Shown: piece after piece, positions 30,901-37,100 of the stretch
How the letters are laid out: each line of letters begins with the position of its first letter
Numbering within the stretch: position 1 is the first letter of the stretch
From: a virus
Taxonomy: Duplodnaviria; Caudoviricetes
IMG/VR virus record: IMGVR_UViG_3300008107_000114
Span: 1-52,914 of that record
Reading direction: 5' to 3' (one strand)
Length of the DNA stretch: 52,914 bases
The notes under the pieces: model-generated
Seen by the model: only the letters and a program-made list of their open reading frames with translations
Databases searched by the model: none
Told to the model about the DNA's origin: nothing
Program-made: the position numbers and the translations under genes

Positions 30901-31246
30901 CACCGTAGTCTTGTTTAGCTGCAACAAATAAAGTCTCTGCGTCTAGAGATGTTCCTGACAAATTCTTAAGTTCCTGTTCTCTAGCTACAGCCTGCTCCTG
31001 AGTAATCTCAGGCTGCTGTTCATTCATCGCTTTTACTATGGGAACAGGTTCTTTTTTCTGACCTGAGATAGCTTTTTCCAACCCAGCTTTAAAAGAAGGT
31101 GTTGTTGTTTTTTTAGGCGCAATAGGACCTACCCTAGTCTCTAAAAAACTTTCTGGTTGATCACTAGTAGTAGAAGTATTGACTACCGGCTTAGTATCAA
31201 TCTTAGCACCCCCTATTCTAGGAGTAAATTTTTTCTCTTCAGGCAT
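18992..31246 (-). CDS. 4084-aa giant virion/ejection (large polyvalent) protein
   Basis: Uninterrupted ORF after the cargo genes; HExxH zincin motif TTAMHELAHVW (~aa 2788) with downstream SEAFARGFE; LPD23-like segment (~aa 1556); YVQEIQSD domain (~aa 2508). Confidence 0.85.
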   Translation of the reverse strand: MPEEKKFTPRIGGAKIDTKPVVNTSTTSDQPESFLETRVGPIAPKKTTTPSFKAGLEKAISGQKKEPVPIVKAMNEQQPEITQEQAVAREQELKNLSGTSLDAETLFVAAKQDYGDVIFFGNTFIKNKEELEAVLADPAQRSQFYNEKKSVLNKYFNIISEKDFDTKIGGGLSEYEKLQFTDYYGKTIYDPVFTRQTPTPGQLGYRAEFDMFAPDPVQATYNIAQRKYEAQNQFDKLKSNGIAVDAYGQPFEDPAKFYSYIKDPLNRDAYQRKYGKQLKEIGYSTVNDLLKPVVLDSSVNADWARSEDYRKMRIAKGSDVVKRDFLGKSGTIYDENPNAGSISNISEEDLGRILYEYDLGNEINIDVPYTAGKGYQALNRNTLIESLSKQGVREDEIDEILNDFKLQYERSMGITSYENKRKQLGYYKDAKGAMRSRYDENREAMALSELSDDERKISGLYDQIREIYATAPKANGKQQKQLGPDQLKKVNLLKAQIEQIKRDSGFFGFNAIPQQEFFDPSGNRLEGKAQENAQKVFVQTMQGEKKTDLVILKEKRNILYEQVEALEKKLKGFENNPAMRVIYNREGLDEKYKEAVDKNFRVLARRQREGDIREVTDDDRAAYIYSANLYNKIIEKKAQLKAINKIIYTNADLTKIDGTGVGSNFVAEVSKGVANVAGVFTGDKYMTPAEEFTTAVQVLQESGLYVNPEALDRIKEVQEDQMISQGIIGSIGIGLQLALTRKVSVGAISKLFTSEAALATRTYMASRYGRTGLGAFQLFEKAATVYGIDFLSYELAGEDGTSGVAEKLGTQAYDKVTGVLELGRFVPNNIIGKMFTVLGRTVSGAAGSFTEETFANVWTNFKQNGFDITEAVENAYGKTEDEQLFTLRSIAFTSMVFSSMNLSNLEVLVKSRTEFANYLESTYGDNASETDREILDLLDSTIKNARNGGGNEEYEGAAATVAAIDGRGNATAIPLDQPMVMSSGPVESDQKTTTSSAASSGAGSEGVQVEKRTGNMGEEFYVAGVNGVLDNKVIYRYNSETGQLEAKGLTSTTEEFVPVNEKAREFIEGQSKEHGIVSREKIENIAIKNLEARRKSQADNERATGKDNNKVSYQNQTETSRRKKERIDKVEASAKARYNPKFDADGQARTGLFTGVAEEVKVSDTDVKDTASEISRNMGSKMKINLTSFFMNGKAVITDLARKKAAKVADYMAPLFRDFDNTLFTTEDTDMTTGQPIRERNKDAVTDKVREAVARNSTFNDVFGQMVSDGRMSKEDAIDNFIINLLQNSRAKAAEIFGNDKVGFENFQKLRKDFNNFTANKYTGSNTFSATDKFVRQTPMATTTTKNRKADYKKQAAELVKENQRRREVAQILQDTQEEGAFIKDEQIDAARFLNGEITAQEFMENTGEPVASTTDPAQVEAAAKAKAEGMVDMNKYNEAVELIRKNDATREKYRKELLKKGAEVWGFTSSIKKPFQWKQNLRKKRFVADVSMRHFESAATRAGITLQQFMDTRIEMLKRTEQQFQEWLKMSPELVPLYQLPATLVPEEIYPNMVKAMQLKEKKFTPEKIALMTGVVFNEQGEAIAFDPTFKIADTGAKERFDLSTGKVVYEGKVNFFSTLKEIFNFTSGLEASRLDEESPFPKKPTFGKRTFYFGKKSLSDIANRTTYTVSNRIINISSVIPIEDNQKIYENYPDIGLINIRVVDDVSLPQVSFSPNHLYTGNGKSSTSPGEILINVAKYTEVTEDPFTYDSVFKKSILPQVQKSLRQSVQFMENELTLPEATKFATPTAVRAKVSELKSAGVIDDNTEKLINDVVEFYADKNIFQFGTYTSVFKDISKVLFLSNEPKSVASAIETFSNKYDLTEADSKALELIYNNYLDAYGPKGKARLKSIHNAFVTTSKFAGLNSDELVAVGTEPITEDTSGKTESGTATAPMNFTEQSFQDLKTFVDGIDEVLDALRAQGKDSYEYFDSLVELQLINDVTSKEFGTVTEEEFNELIDSVKSPEFKTAMEFLQKVFDQEEFTFDDGSTGTLFSLDELMQLENEGFTFPDPVMLSVDLQEKVESFEASKQPESYISETTDAEARNLFYQMFPGIENFANGIYDPYKKISDFTKQELQAELVDKGLVSQERFDEIYSRYENNPDLFTGSTASNFVDNLKQLTTEEQKALRDKIKIRQIVEKNIGTSFYSNTAYAATKVIEQIGSKDRIALAELKPLLLKNGAKAVELDWLDIDGFIESNKGKDFISSRDLLDWASNIHGFVVYDPESAAQKRTVSDVVLLGFTEAAAGRTGNAVESDPIEKPIAIRRSDGTVQFISLNEVQDESIELYEKYIGRKEFTAFKKALDDLKNFNTRDLSDKNKQHLKSLVKIYADLIDEMDRTTQLEEFGQFTAMFPGGVKGTYKEHLITLPFSSNKLLKDYDNKIVDIILKLSEIEKSFNGKKPSSLVAQEINQLENQLSELKKTRDSLSKDYYNSKHFLSVPSEVMMHLRTQIVIAPDGKRVLYVQEIQSDKIQEFRKSVLNPLKEKYADVKPSIIQDGNKAKSKANGDIEKIKAALIENGYSDEQISRYIERETELGEVTTKFKKTTPVTESNQFAELALKHAMKVAADYGVREIVLANGHAVGPVVGAIEADMAVGINTFYNKTLPSIVQKLSSKFNFEIGTIRLEKPLAALHPKTKIYLSTEQFPVYFNSQGESVINGGQALEVGELDPMFLEKAALANTTSEYIPSNFFNTIKLTDESFGKVAEGMALFQGEEGGAHGATVKTDQGKHIIFALTNPNVTTAMHELAHVWESYMTATERQMFMDSVGHSDWSRETSEAFARGFEKYLYDGKAPTGALTKMFEDFKRWLIKVYGGIKGTPVEMEISEPMRKMYDAMLGEARVNDLKQRKSTDIFDDISEFIKEIKGNPEFEGITDSELYAALMRSGFEPSDVQDYFSLKQRANIAKQQQGKGMFKDEADVMESEEEAMRVVRSQKELIDEIENMDPNEYPVILQTLFDAIEDGDVPLAKAIQDLIAAKQTGKDPKMIGELYSRILKAGTDVGRMLQLFRQLTKDTYLSSAEGMFRRNEKKGLNIPDKAKQKIRDLAVELDRIKELYKQSRAIAESDPFGISSADPSKTNLQYHTGLYEQLQEATKRFIDARQPYEGDDSLTDMYRTFVKGGLMTPGSISVNTLSNVTKFITGLIVDPLKSAISLTAFKLGISEKQFTKTSLKDWWSGVRYGMPMGIKRAYKILKDGTMTQAYQNPDSYVQGYSFYKSFAKFWGLKLDQMRVAAGYSDMSSEELAEKHGFKLGMQGEIPKKQQAIAALQGFFGAVPDVIFRVMGATDAVFRDFAYFSSLSEQFKMTKEHDRYQQAIRNASGPEKAKLKAEYDAVRKAYIEVNTDFQNTEANKEAMRYVYNNDNYTTDIIKQVQGITRTGANENSFMAKISRLIGTSIVPFTRIPSNYALELTEFFLPEYALIKLASNGYKSYTRSRGLQDASSAEYAESLSERRDNARSMDRVLARALVGTGVQFIALQMVKAGAVSGAPDDENEDKGSSMTYSYTLERPYSINLTLVKERFKEMFDPNYKSKRNDLWDKENDLIIDYRALGIFGAALYMQYKENKLMDQSELKYQNRGDFEKITNDFTLNLFGNYESAGKYILDQTFVRGLLSVATAVSSEDENKLPAFLADITLTLSAGMVPNSLAWMDKWRRQYMVDYDAKEAPSFKAFGMKVENTAATLYWHKVATKMAERWPIGDPSQYVDLPFVEIDQEYLPIKYDAFGKPVLQTPEGATMGSFLYNTFDVFKATRAVAGYETPDWEALVYLATKKGGAWHSLPSLPPRKVDTPSGAYKFAPDEYNNLLQYSSMITRNMVQQFIIDSKVYQELIDVNSAVNKDQATGLPRMGIDNMKILLGYEVLGDLLSTLNQAGKEIADIATYTFVDAERRKMYEEDPERYIDMVVTEALSPMGDFVKQIYGNQEAGGDNYASRQQGAQYFTIDKNLISDPKRFKNFATGAMQLFKEMNDDPKTAIITGRNAVSSKLQSEGGVDLGEGIEYVPFDAPTKKSAAVDTMVKQRDAAQKLAKPNIDLGEGVEYVPFD

Positions 31247-31290
31247 ACTACAAATATAACACCTGATGAGAAAACTATTTTACTGATAAT

Positions 31291-32889
31291 TTATTTTTGC
31301 TTGATATCGTCTTGGTCCTTAACACCTGCCATTATGCTAAAGAAAGCATTGTCCCAGTTTTTCTGGCTTTCATCACCCCAATCATTTTTCTGTACAACCT
31401 GAGATAATAATGGAGAACCGCCAGTGGTCTTTATTTTTCTAGAATCCTTTGGTACAATCCATCTACCATTTGCATCAGGTTCATAAAGAGGAATTGCATA
31501 GCCGCTGACCCCGACTTCAGGAGCCTTAGATATGCTCAATGATTTGTTGTTTGCGATAGCAAAAGGATACATTAGATACGGTACACCATTTTTTTTCGCC
31601 TCAGCTAATTCATCACTGGTAATTGGCCTAAGATACTCAAATTGTTTAATCTCTTTAGTTACTGGATCCGTGTATTTGTGCTTTGCTTTAACTGCAGGGA
31701 AAATTGCAACTCGGCTGATTGTAAATTCTTTTTGGGCAGTGGTAGTAAAAGCAGGCAAGCCGTCATTCAAACCAACAATGTATCCGTTAGTTGGAATCGT
31801 AGCAGTTGTGCCTTCTGCTTTAGGAGAAACTGGAGCCGAAAGATCACTTTTCAAAGAGTTTGGCTTACCCATATAATTCATAGTCGTTGAGCCAACTACA
31901 TAGTCTGTAGGTGCAACTTTTTGACCTGTATTATCTACATACACACTAATGTTAGTTCTTTTTTCCAGATAGTCTTTGTTTTCATACTTTGCTGGGATAT
32001 TGTACAGAACAACATCTTTGAATAAGCGGTCATAAACCTGTTCTGTTGTCATAGTATTGGGGTCCAGAACATCCATATCCTTCGTGCTGTGATACAACAT
32101 GCTTCGATATTGATTCTGAGCATCTTCATTTCCTTTAAACCAACTTAAACCCATTTCATAAGCATTGTTATTCTCCTTAATGTTAGGGTTTGTTTTCTTC
32201 AGTTCTAATGCCTCTTGTCTAGTTGCAGGGATACTATAGTACCTGCGTGAAACTTGTCCTTTGGTCGTAGGATCTATTTGCTCACTCATCAGTACAGCTG
32301 ATTCGTTGAACTTAAAAACTTGTCCTCCACCAAAAGTTTTTTCAAAATCTATTTTGGGTCTGAACAAGGGATTTATACTAACACCGTTTTCAGTTTGTTC
32401 AAAATCAAAATAGCCATCGGCAACGATTTCAGGATTGTCCAGAAACTTAGCAAACATATCTTCTTCACTATTAGAAGACTTAATTATGTCATACGCTTTT
32501 TCCATAGAAGGAGAAATGTAAAACTCTGATTTTCCTCCTTTACTAATTTCAATATTTGTTTCAAAGTCAAATAAATCTTTTGAAAGATTTGCGTATCTAT
32601 TTTGATTACCCAGCATAGAGGCTCGTATATTATAAGCCTTTTCGATAACATTGGGATCCTTTGTTTTCTCTGCTTGCAGCAACTCAGAAATATTCTTTTT
32701 AAGATTCTCTTCGTTTTTTCCAATGTAAACATTATGAAATTTACTCTTATCAGAAACAAGGGAATCACGTATTGCTTGCAATTCTCTTGCCTGTCTGTCT
32801 GATACCGAAGTATCTACTTCAGGAGCCTTAAGTTTTGGAAACTTACCTGTTGCTCCTATCGCTGCGCCTAATGAAAATCCACTTGCCAT
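31291..32889 (-). CDS. Putative internal virion/ejection protein
   Basis: 532 aa between the pilot-like proteins and the giant protein. Confidence 0.65.
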   Translation of the reverse strand: MASGFSLGAAIGATGKFPKLKAPEVDTSVSDRQARELQAIRDSLVSDKSKFHNVYIGKNEENLKKNISELLQAEKTKDPNVIEKAYNIRASMLGNQNRYANLSKDLFDFETNIEISKGGKSEFYISPSMEKAYDIIKSSNSEEDMFAKFLDNPEIVADGYFDFEQTENGVSINPLFRPKIDFEKTFGGGQVFKFNESAVLMSEQIDPTTKGQVSRRYYSIPATRQEALELKKTNPNIKENNNAYEMGLSWFKGNEDAQNQYRSMLYHSTKDMDVLDPNTMTTEQVYDRLFKDVVLYNIPAKYENKDYLEKRTNISVYVDNTGQKVAPTDYVVGSTTMNYMGKPNSLKSDLSAPVSPKAEGTTATIPTNGYIVGLNDGLPAFTTTAQKEFTISRVAIFPAVKAKHKYTDPVTKEIKQFEYLRPITSDELAEAKKNGVPYLMYPFAIANNKSLSISKAPEVGVSGYAIPLYEPDANGRWIVPKDSRKIKTTGGSPLLSQVVQKNDWGDESQKNWDNAFFSIMAGVKDQDDIKQK

Positions 32890-32901
32890 TTTTATTATTT
32901 A

Positions 32902-33582
32902 TTAAGAACCGCCAGCTCCTATCGAATTGGCAATATTTTCACTTCCTCTTTTGATAGCTGCACCCGCTGCTCTCTCTGCGGTTAATCTAAAATCTCTCTT
33001 CGCTGAAATATCTTTCTGAGTAATCAAGCTCATCGCCTGATTCATACGTTCTACACCAGACATGGCATTTTGCTTCTCTGCTAAATCTGCTTGCAGTATT
33101 CTAGCCTCACCTGATGTTCTGTTGATTGCTGCTGTACGACCAAGAAGAGCTGAAGCCTGAGGTGATGACTGAGAAACAGCATTCATCTGCTGAGCTTGTG
33201 CTCTGCTATTTTCCATACGCATCATGCCTCGCTGTTCGCTTCCGATACCTTGTCTCATGTTATTTTCGTATATCGATTTCATCTCAGCGTATGGTCCTTT
33301 TGCAGCTAGATACCCCGGGAAAGGTAAACGATTTGCCTTTCTCAATTGAGATAACCCAATTGCCATTTGAACTAGTCCCATTCCAGAGGATACTAGCCCG
33401 GGAAGAGCACCGCCACCACCACCGCCACCGCCATTGCTAGCAGTATTATCGCCCGGCATGCTCTTTAAGCCGCTATCGCCAAGTAAAAAATCATTGGGAG
33501 TTTTGGTAGCTGTTGTGACTCCAGCTGCTCTAGTGGCTCCACCTACACTTATACCAGATCCCGAAGATAAACCAAATGCCAT
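32902..33582 (-). CDS. Putative ejection/pilot protein (paralog of 33585..34157)
   Basis: Gly/Ala/Met-rich with hydrophobic segment; QLRKA..LPFP and AAG.AI..GSEN. Confidence 0.7.
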   Translation of the reverse strand: MAFGLSSGSGISVGGATRAAGVTTATKTPNDFLLGDSGLKSMPGDNTASNGGGGGGGGALPGLVSSGMGLVQMAIGLSQLRKANRLPFPGYLAAKGPYAEMKSIYENNMRQGIGSEQRGMMRMENSRAQAQQMNAVSQSSPQASALLGRTAAINRTSGEARILQADLAEKQNAMSGVERMNQAMSLITQKDISAKRDFRLTAERAAGAAIKRGSENIANSIGAGGS

Positions 33583-33584
33583 AA

Positions 33585-34157
33585 TTATTTTAACATGTAT
33601 TGTATTCCTTGAACTAAATTCTCAGAACCGGTTGCAATTGCTTCACCGGCTGCTTGCTGAGCCATCATCTTGTACTCTCGCTTGGCTGTGATATCACGCT
33701 GCTGTATTGTACTTATTTCAGCTGCTGATCTAGTCATACCAGATATAGCACTTCTTCTATAAGCTTCATCCAGCTTACTTAAATTCACTTCGGTTGATAG
33801 TCTGTCCAGAGCCCCAATCCTAGAGGCAGCTTGACCTGCGAATTGCGGAGTTGTCTCAGCAAGTGTACGCAACGTTTTAGCTGTTTGACCTGAACTTTCT
33901 TTTCTAACTCCACCGAGTGTGTCATCTCCCAAACCTTCTTGGTATTGCTTACGGTACATTTCCATGTTTTCGTTAGCATACTGCATGCCAGAAGTATAAT
34001 CAGGAAAAGGAAGTTTTTGAGCTTTTCTCAACTGATTATATCCAACTAACATCTGTATGCCACCAGCAACGCCTCCAATGGTTTGGCCAATTGTCTTAGT
34101 TGCACCCTTTGCAAATTGCGCTAGCATCATTATTGTTGACGGATCCATTACAGCCAT
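33585..34157 (-). CDS. Putative ejection/pilot protein
   Basis: IGGVAGGIQMLVG hydrophobic stretch; QLRKAQKLPFP and AAGEAIATGSEN. Confidence 0.7.
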   Translation of the reverse strand: MAVMDPSTIMMLAQFAKGATKTIGQTIGGVAGGIQMLVGYNQLRKAQKLPFPDYTSGMQYANENMEMYRKQYQEGLGDDTLGGVRKESSGQTAKTLRTLAETTPQFAGQAASRIGALDRLSTEVNLSKLDEAYRRSAISGMTRSAAEISTIQQRDITAKREYKMMAQQAAGEAIATGSENLVQGIQYMLK

Positions 34158-34177
34158 GAGTACAAATTTAAGTTTTT

Positions 34178-37100
34178 TTATTTGTTATACAATCTTGAGT
34201 TCGATCTGTATTTAACTACGTAATCTACCAACTTCTGAAACAAGTTGGGAGCAAAGGTCAATTTAACTTTCAAGTATCTACCCCACAATCTAGAAGTATC
34301 TCCAGAATTGATACCGGTTATGGTGGAATCATTTTTAACAGGAGCATAGTAAAAATCCTCTAGTTCTTCAAACTCAGCACTTGTCAAAAAAGATACATGG
34401 TCACGTGTACCAAAATCAATTCTCTCAGGTGTAGTATGAGTAACTACCTGAACAGCTTCGAAAGTTTTACTGAGGTTGGGATCAATATTGACTACGCCTT
34501 CAATGTGTCCATTATACTGGGCATCATAAAAAGTATTGTAAGCACCTGCATTGTGAACGTATATTTTATTCTGTTCGTTTGGCTTGGTTGTGTAAACTGT
34601 GTTTCCACGAGTAGCCATAATATTTGGCCAAGCTGATTGGAAACAAATAAACCCATTCTTCACCTCGTCATACACCAAATTAAATATTTTGTAGTACTGA
34701 GGATGAGTATCGGGAGTTAGTTTTTCCCAGTTATTTGCCCAAGTTGCACCGAAGTATGGACGTGTGTTTCCAGTATCGGGGTTACTGTTTTTCTTTCTGT
34801 ATATAAAAGGAACTCCTGATAAATGTCTATCTGCAGTTTCAAATTCACTGTAGTAATTAAATGACGTTCCATCCCCTTGGTGGCTGACTTTCACAAGACT
34901 TCCAGAAGCATACTGAACATATGCACTGTAGCTTGTGTTGGTCCAAGTTTGAAATTCTTGAATCGAAGGGTCAACAGCCTTGAACGTGAACATTGCTTCG
35001 TAGAACCTTTGGTTATATCCTGCAGTAACGCCTTCACCAGAGATCGCTCTAAGTGAATCGGCATGCCATGTTGTATTGTTAATCAAGAATGACATCAAGC
35101 CCTTGTCAGAAAGTACTCGGGTTCCGTCTCCACCAAAGCGAACGATCTTCTTGGTTTCAGAATTGTACCAGTACAAGTTTTCATCACCAGTAAAAGTTTT
35201 ACCTTTTACCACGGCAGTTTTATTGGTAGCTCCAAAGCTGCTCAGCTTCTGACCTTTGTTTGTCAGAACCCCACCTGAACCGAGTACAATCTCTGTACCT
35301 TGATCACTCACTAACATTTGAGAATCGTTAATGTAGTGGCGTGTAAAAGCATTTGGCTGAAGAGTGTACAGGTTGCCGTTGATGGTTTCTAGCTCGATGA
35401 TTTCTCCATCATTGGTATCCAAATCAACAACGTCAATTGGTTTGAAGATTCTATAGTTATCCTTTTCGGAGCCAGTGCTTTTGATCTGAGACCAGCGGAT
35501 TGAGGCAGGTCGTTTTCCATCCCAACGATTATCTGCATCATAACCATTTTCAGTAAACAAGTTGTCTATGACGTTATACTGAGAATCGTAATTATTCTGA
35601 TTGTCTACTTCTGGCCATTGTTCTAACCAATAAAGCAAACCTGTTCCCCAAGCACCTTGTTCAAGTTCGGCATAGGTAACAACGTTTGATGATAACTGAG
35701 CATTTCGAGGTGCGCCAAATGAGTCTCTAATGTAAGCGTTACCAGCACGCTTATAACCAGACTCATTTAATCCGGTAATGGTTGTTTCCATATACTGAGG
35801 GAAAACATATCCGGGTCCAGCATGCTCCTTGTTATGTTCTATTGTGTAGAACATTTGAGTATTCGAAACGTTTTGAGAGTAAAAAGAATAGCCTAATCCG
35901 AATCCATAGTTCAAATCATTATGCGTACTCATTCTCGCCTTGAGTGTGGTCTTCTGAGTAAAGACATCTCCACCGAATACCGATACGTTGCTCTGAACCC
36001 CACGCTCATTTCCATTCAAGATGTAAATGTGATTGGTAGTTTCATAAACAGTCTGTTGTTTATCACTTGGATACTTTGCAGCATTTCCTTTATCTCTAAA
36101 AACCTGAGCATAAACTAAACCTTCTTTTGCATACGTACCAGATCCACTTGGATATAAACCTACTGCTCCGGGAAAAGTTGGTTCTATAGCAGTACCCAAC
36201 TTAAAAACCGTGCAGCTTTTCATATTACTGTAAAAAGGACTTGCAAAAGATACACCTTCAGGTGGAACACTGATTCCGTTTTTAACTTTATCAGCTCCAC
36301 CCCAAGCAGCAATCTCTCCGGTACGAAAAAGTCTGGCATCTAAAATGCTAATATTTGTATAGGAAAGTAAGGTTGGATAAAAATACCCAGTGTACTCTTG
36401 ATATACAGATTCAAAATCTCCTGTACTAAAACCCTGAAGAGTAAACTTATCACGAGGTACAGGAACACTTAAAACTTTTAATACGTCACCTGCTGTATAC
36501 TCATACTGCGTCTGATTGAAGTATATATCAGGAGAATGGAAATAACCGTAAATCGATGCACCGTTCTTACCAAGCTTTATATCATTCTGGTACGAGGTTG
36601 TTCTAAAGTTTAAACTGTGATCTCTTCTGCAATAGTTACTAGGGTAACTAGAAAAAGTATTCACAGGCGTTCTTACGACATCCTTGTGGTACGGTATGAT
36701 ATGATTTTCGCCAACTGTATTATCATCAAGAACACCGCCAATTAGAATACCGGTAGCTAAAACTTCAGGGATTCTGTCGGCCCGAACAATCCTGTAGGCT
36801 TTTATCAACTTGTGCAAAGGCTCATTGTTTACCTCGTAGCTCAAGTCAATATTTCCAAATTTAGGATAAAATACGTTTACCACCGTAGAGTCACTATTGG
36901 TCATGTTCGTAGTGGTGATGTTATTTGCGCTTCTTCTGTTTGGAATAGTTACGTTGGTTGCAGTTGTATCAAAACGAATATCATCAAGATAATATGGAGA
37001 AGACCATTTTCCGGTTTCTTTCCACTGAACCTGAATCCCAAAACGATAGGTATCATTCATCATGTACCCTGTATAATTTAATACGTTCTGAGGATCTTGG

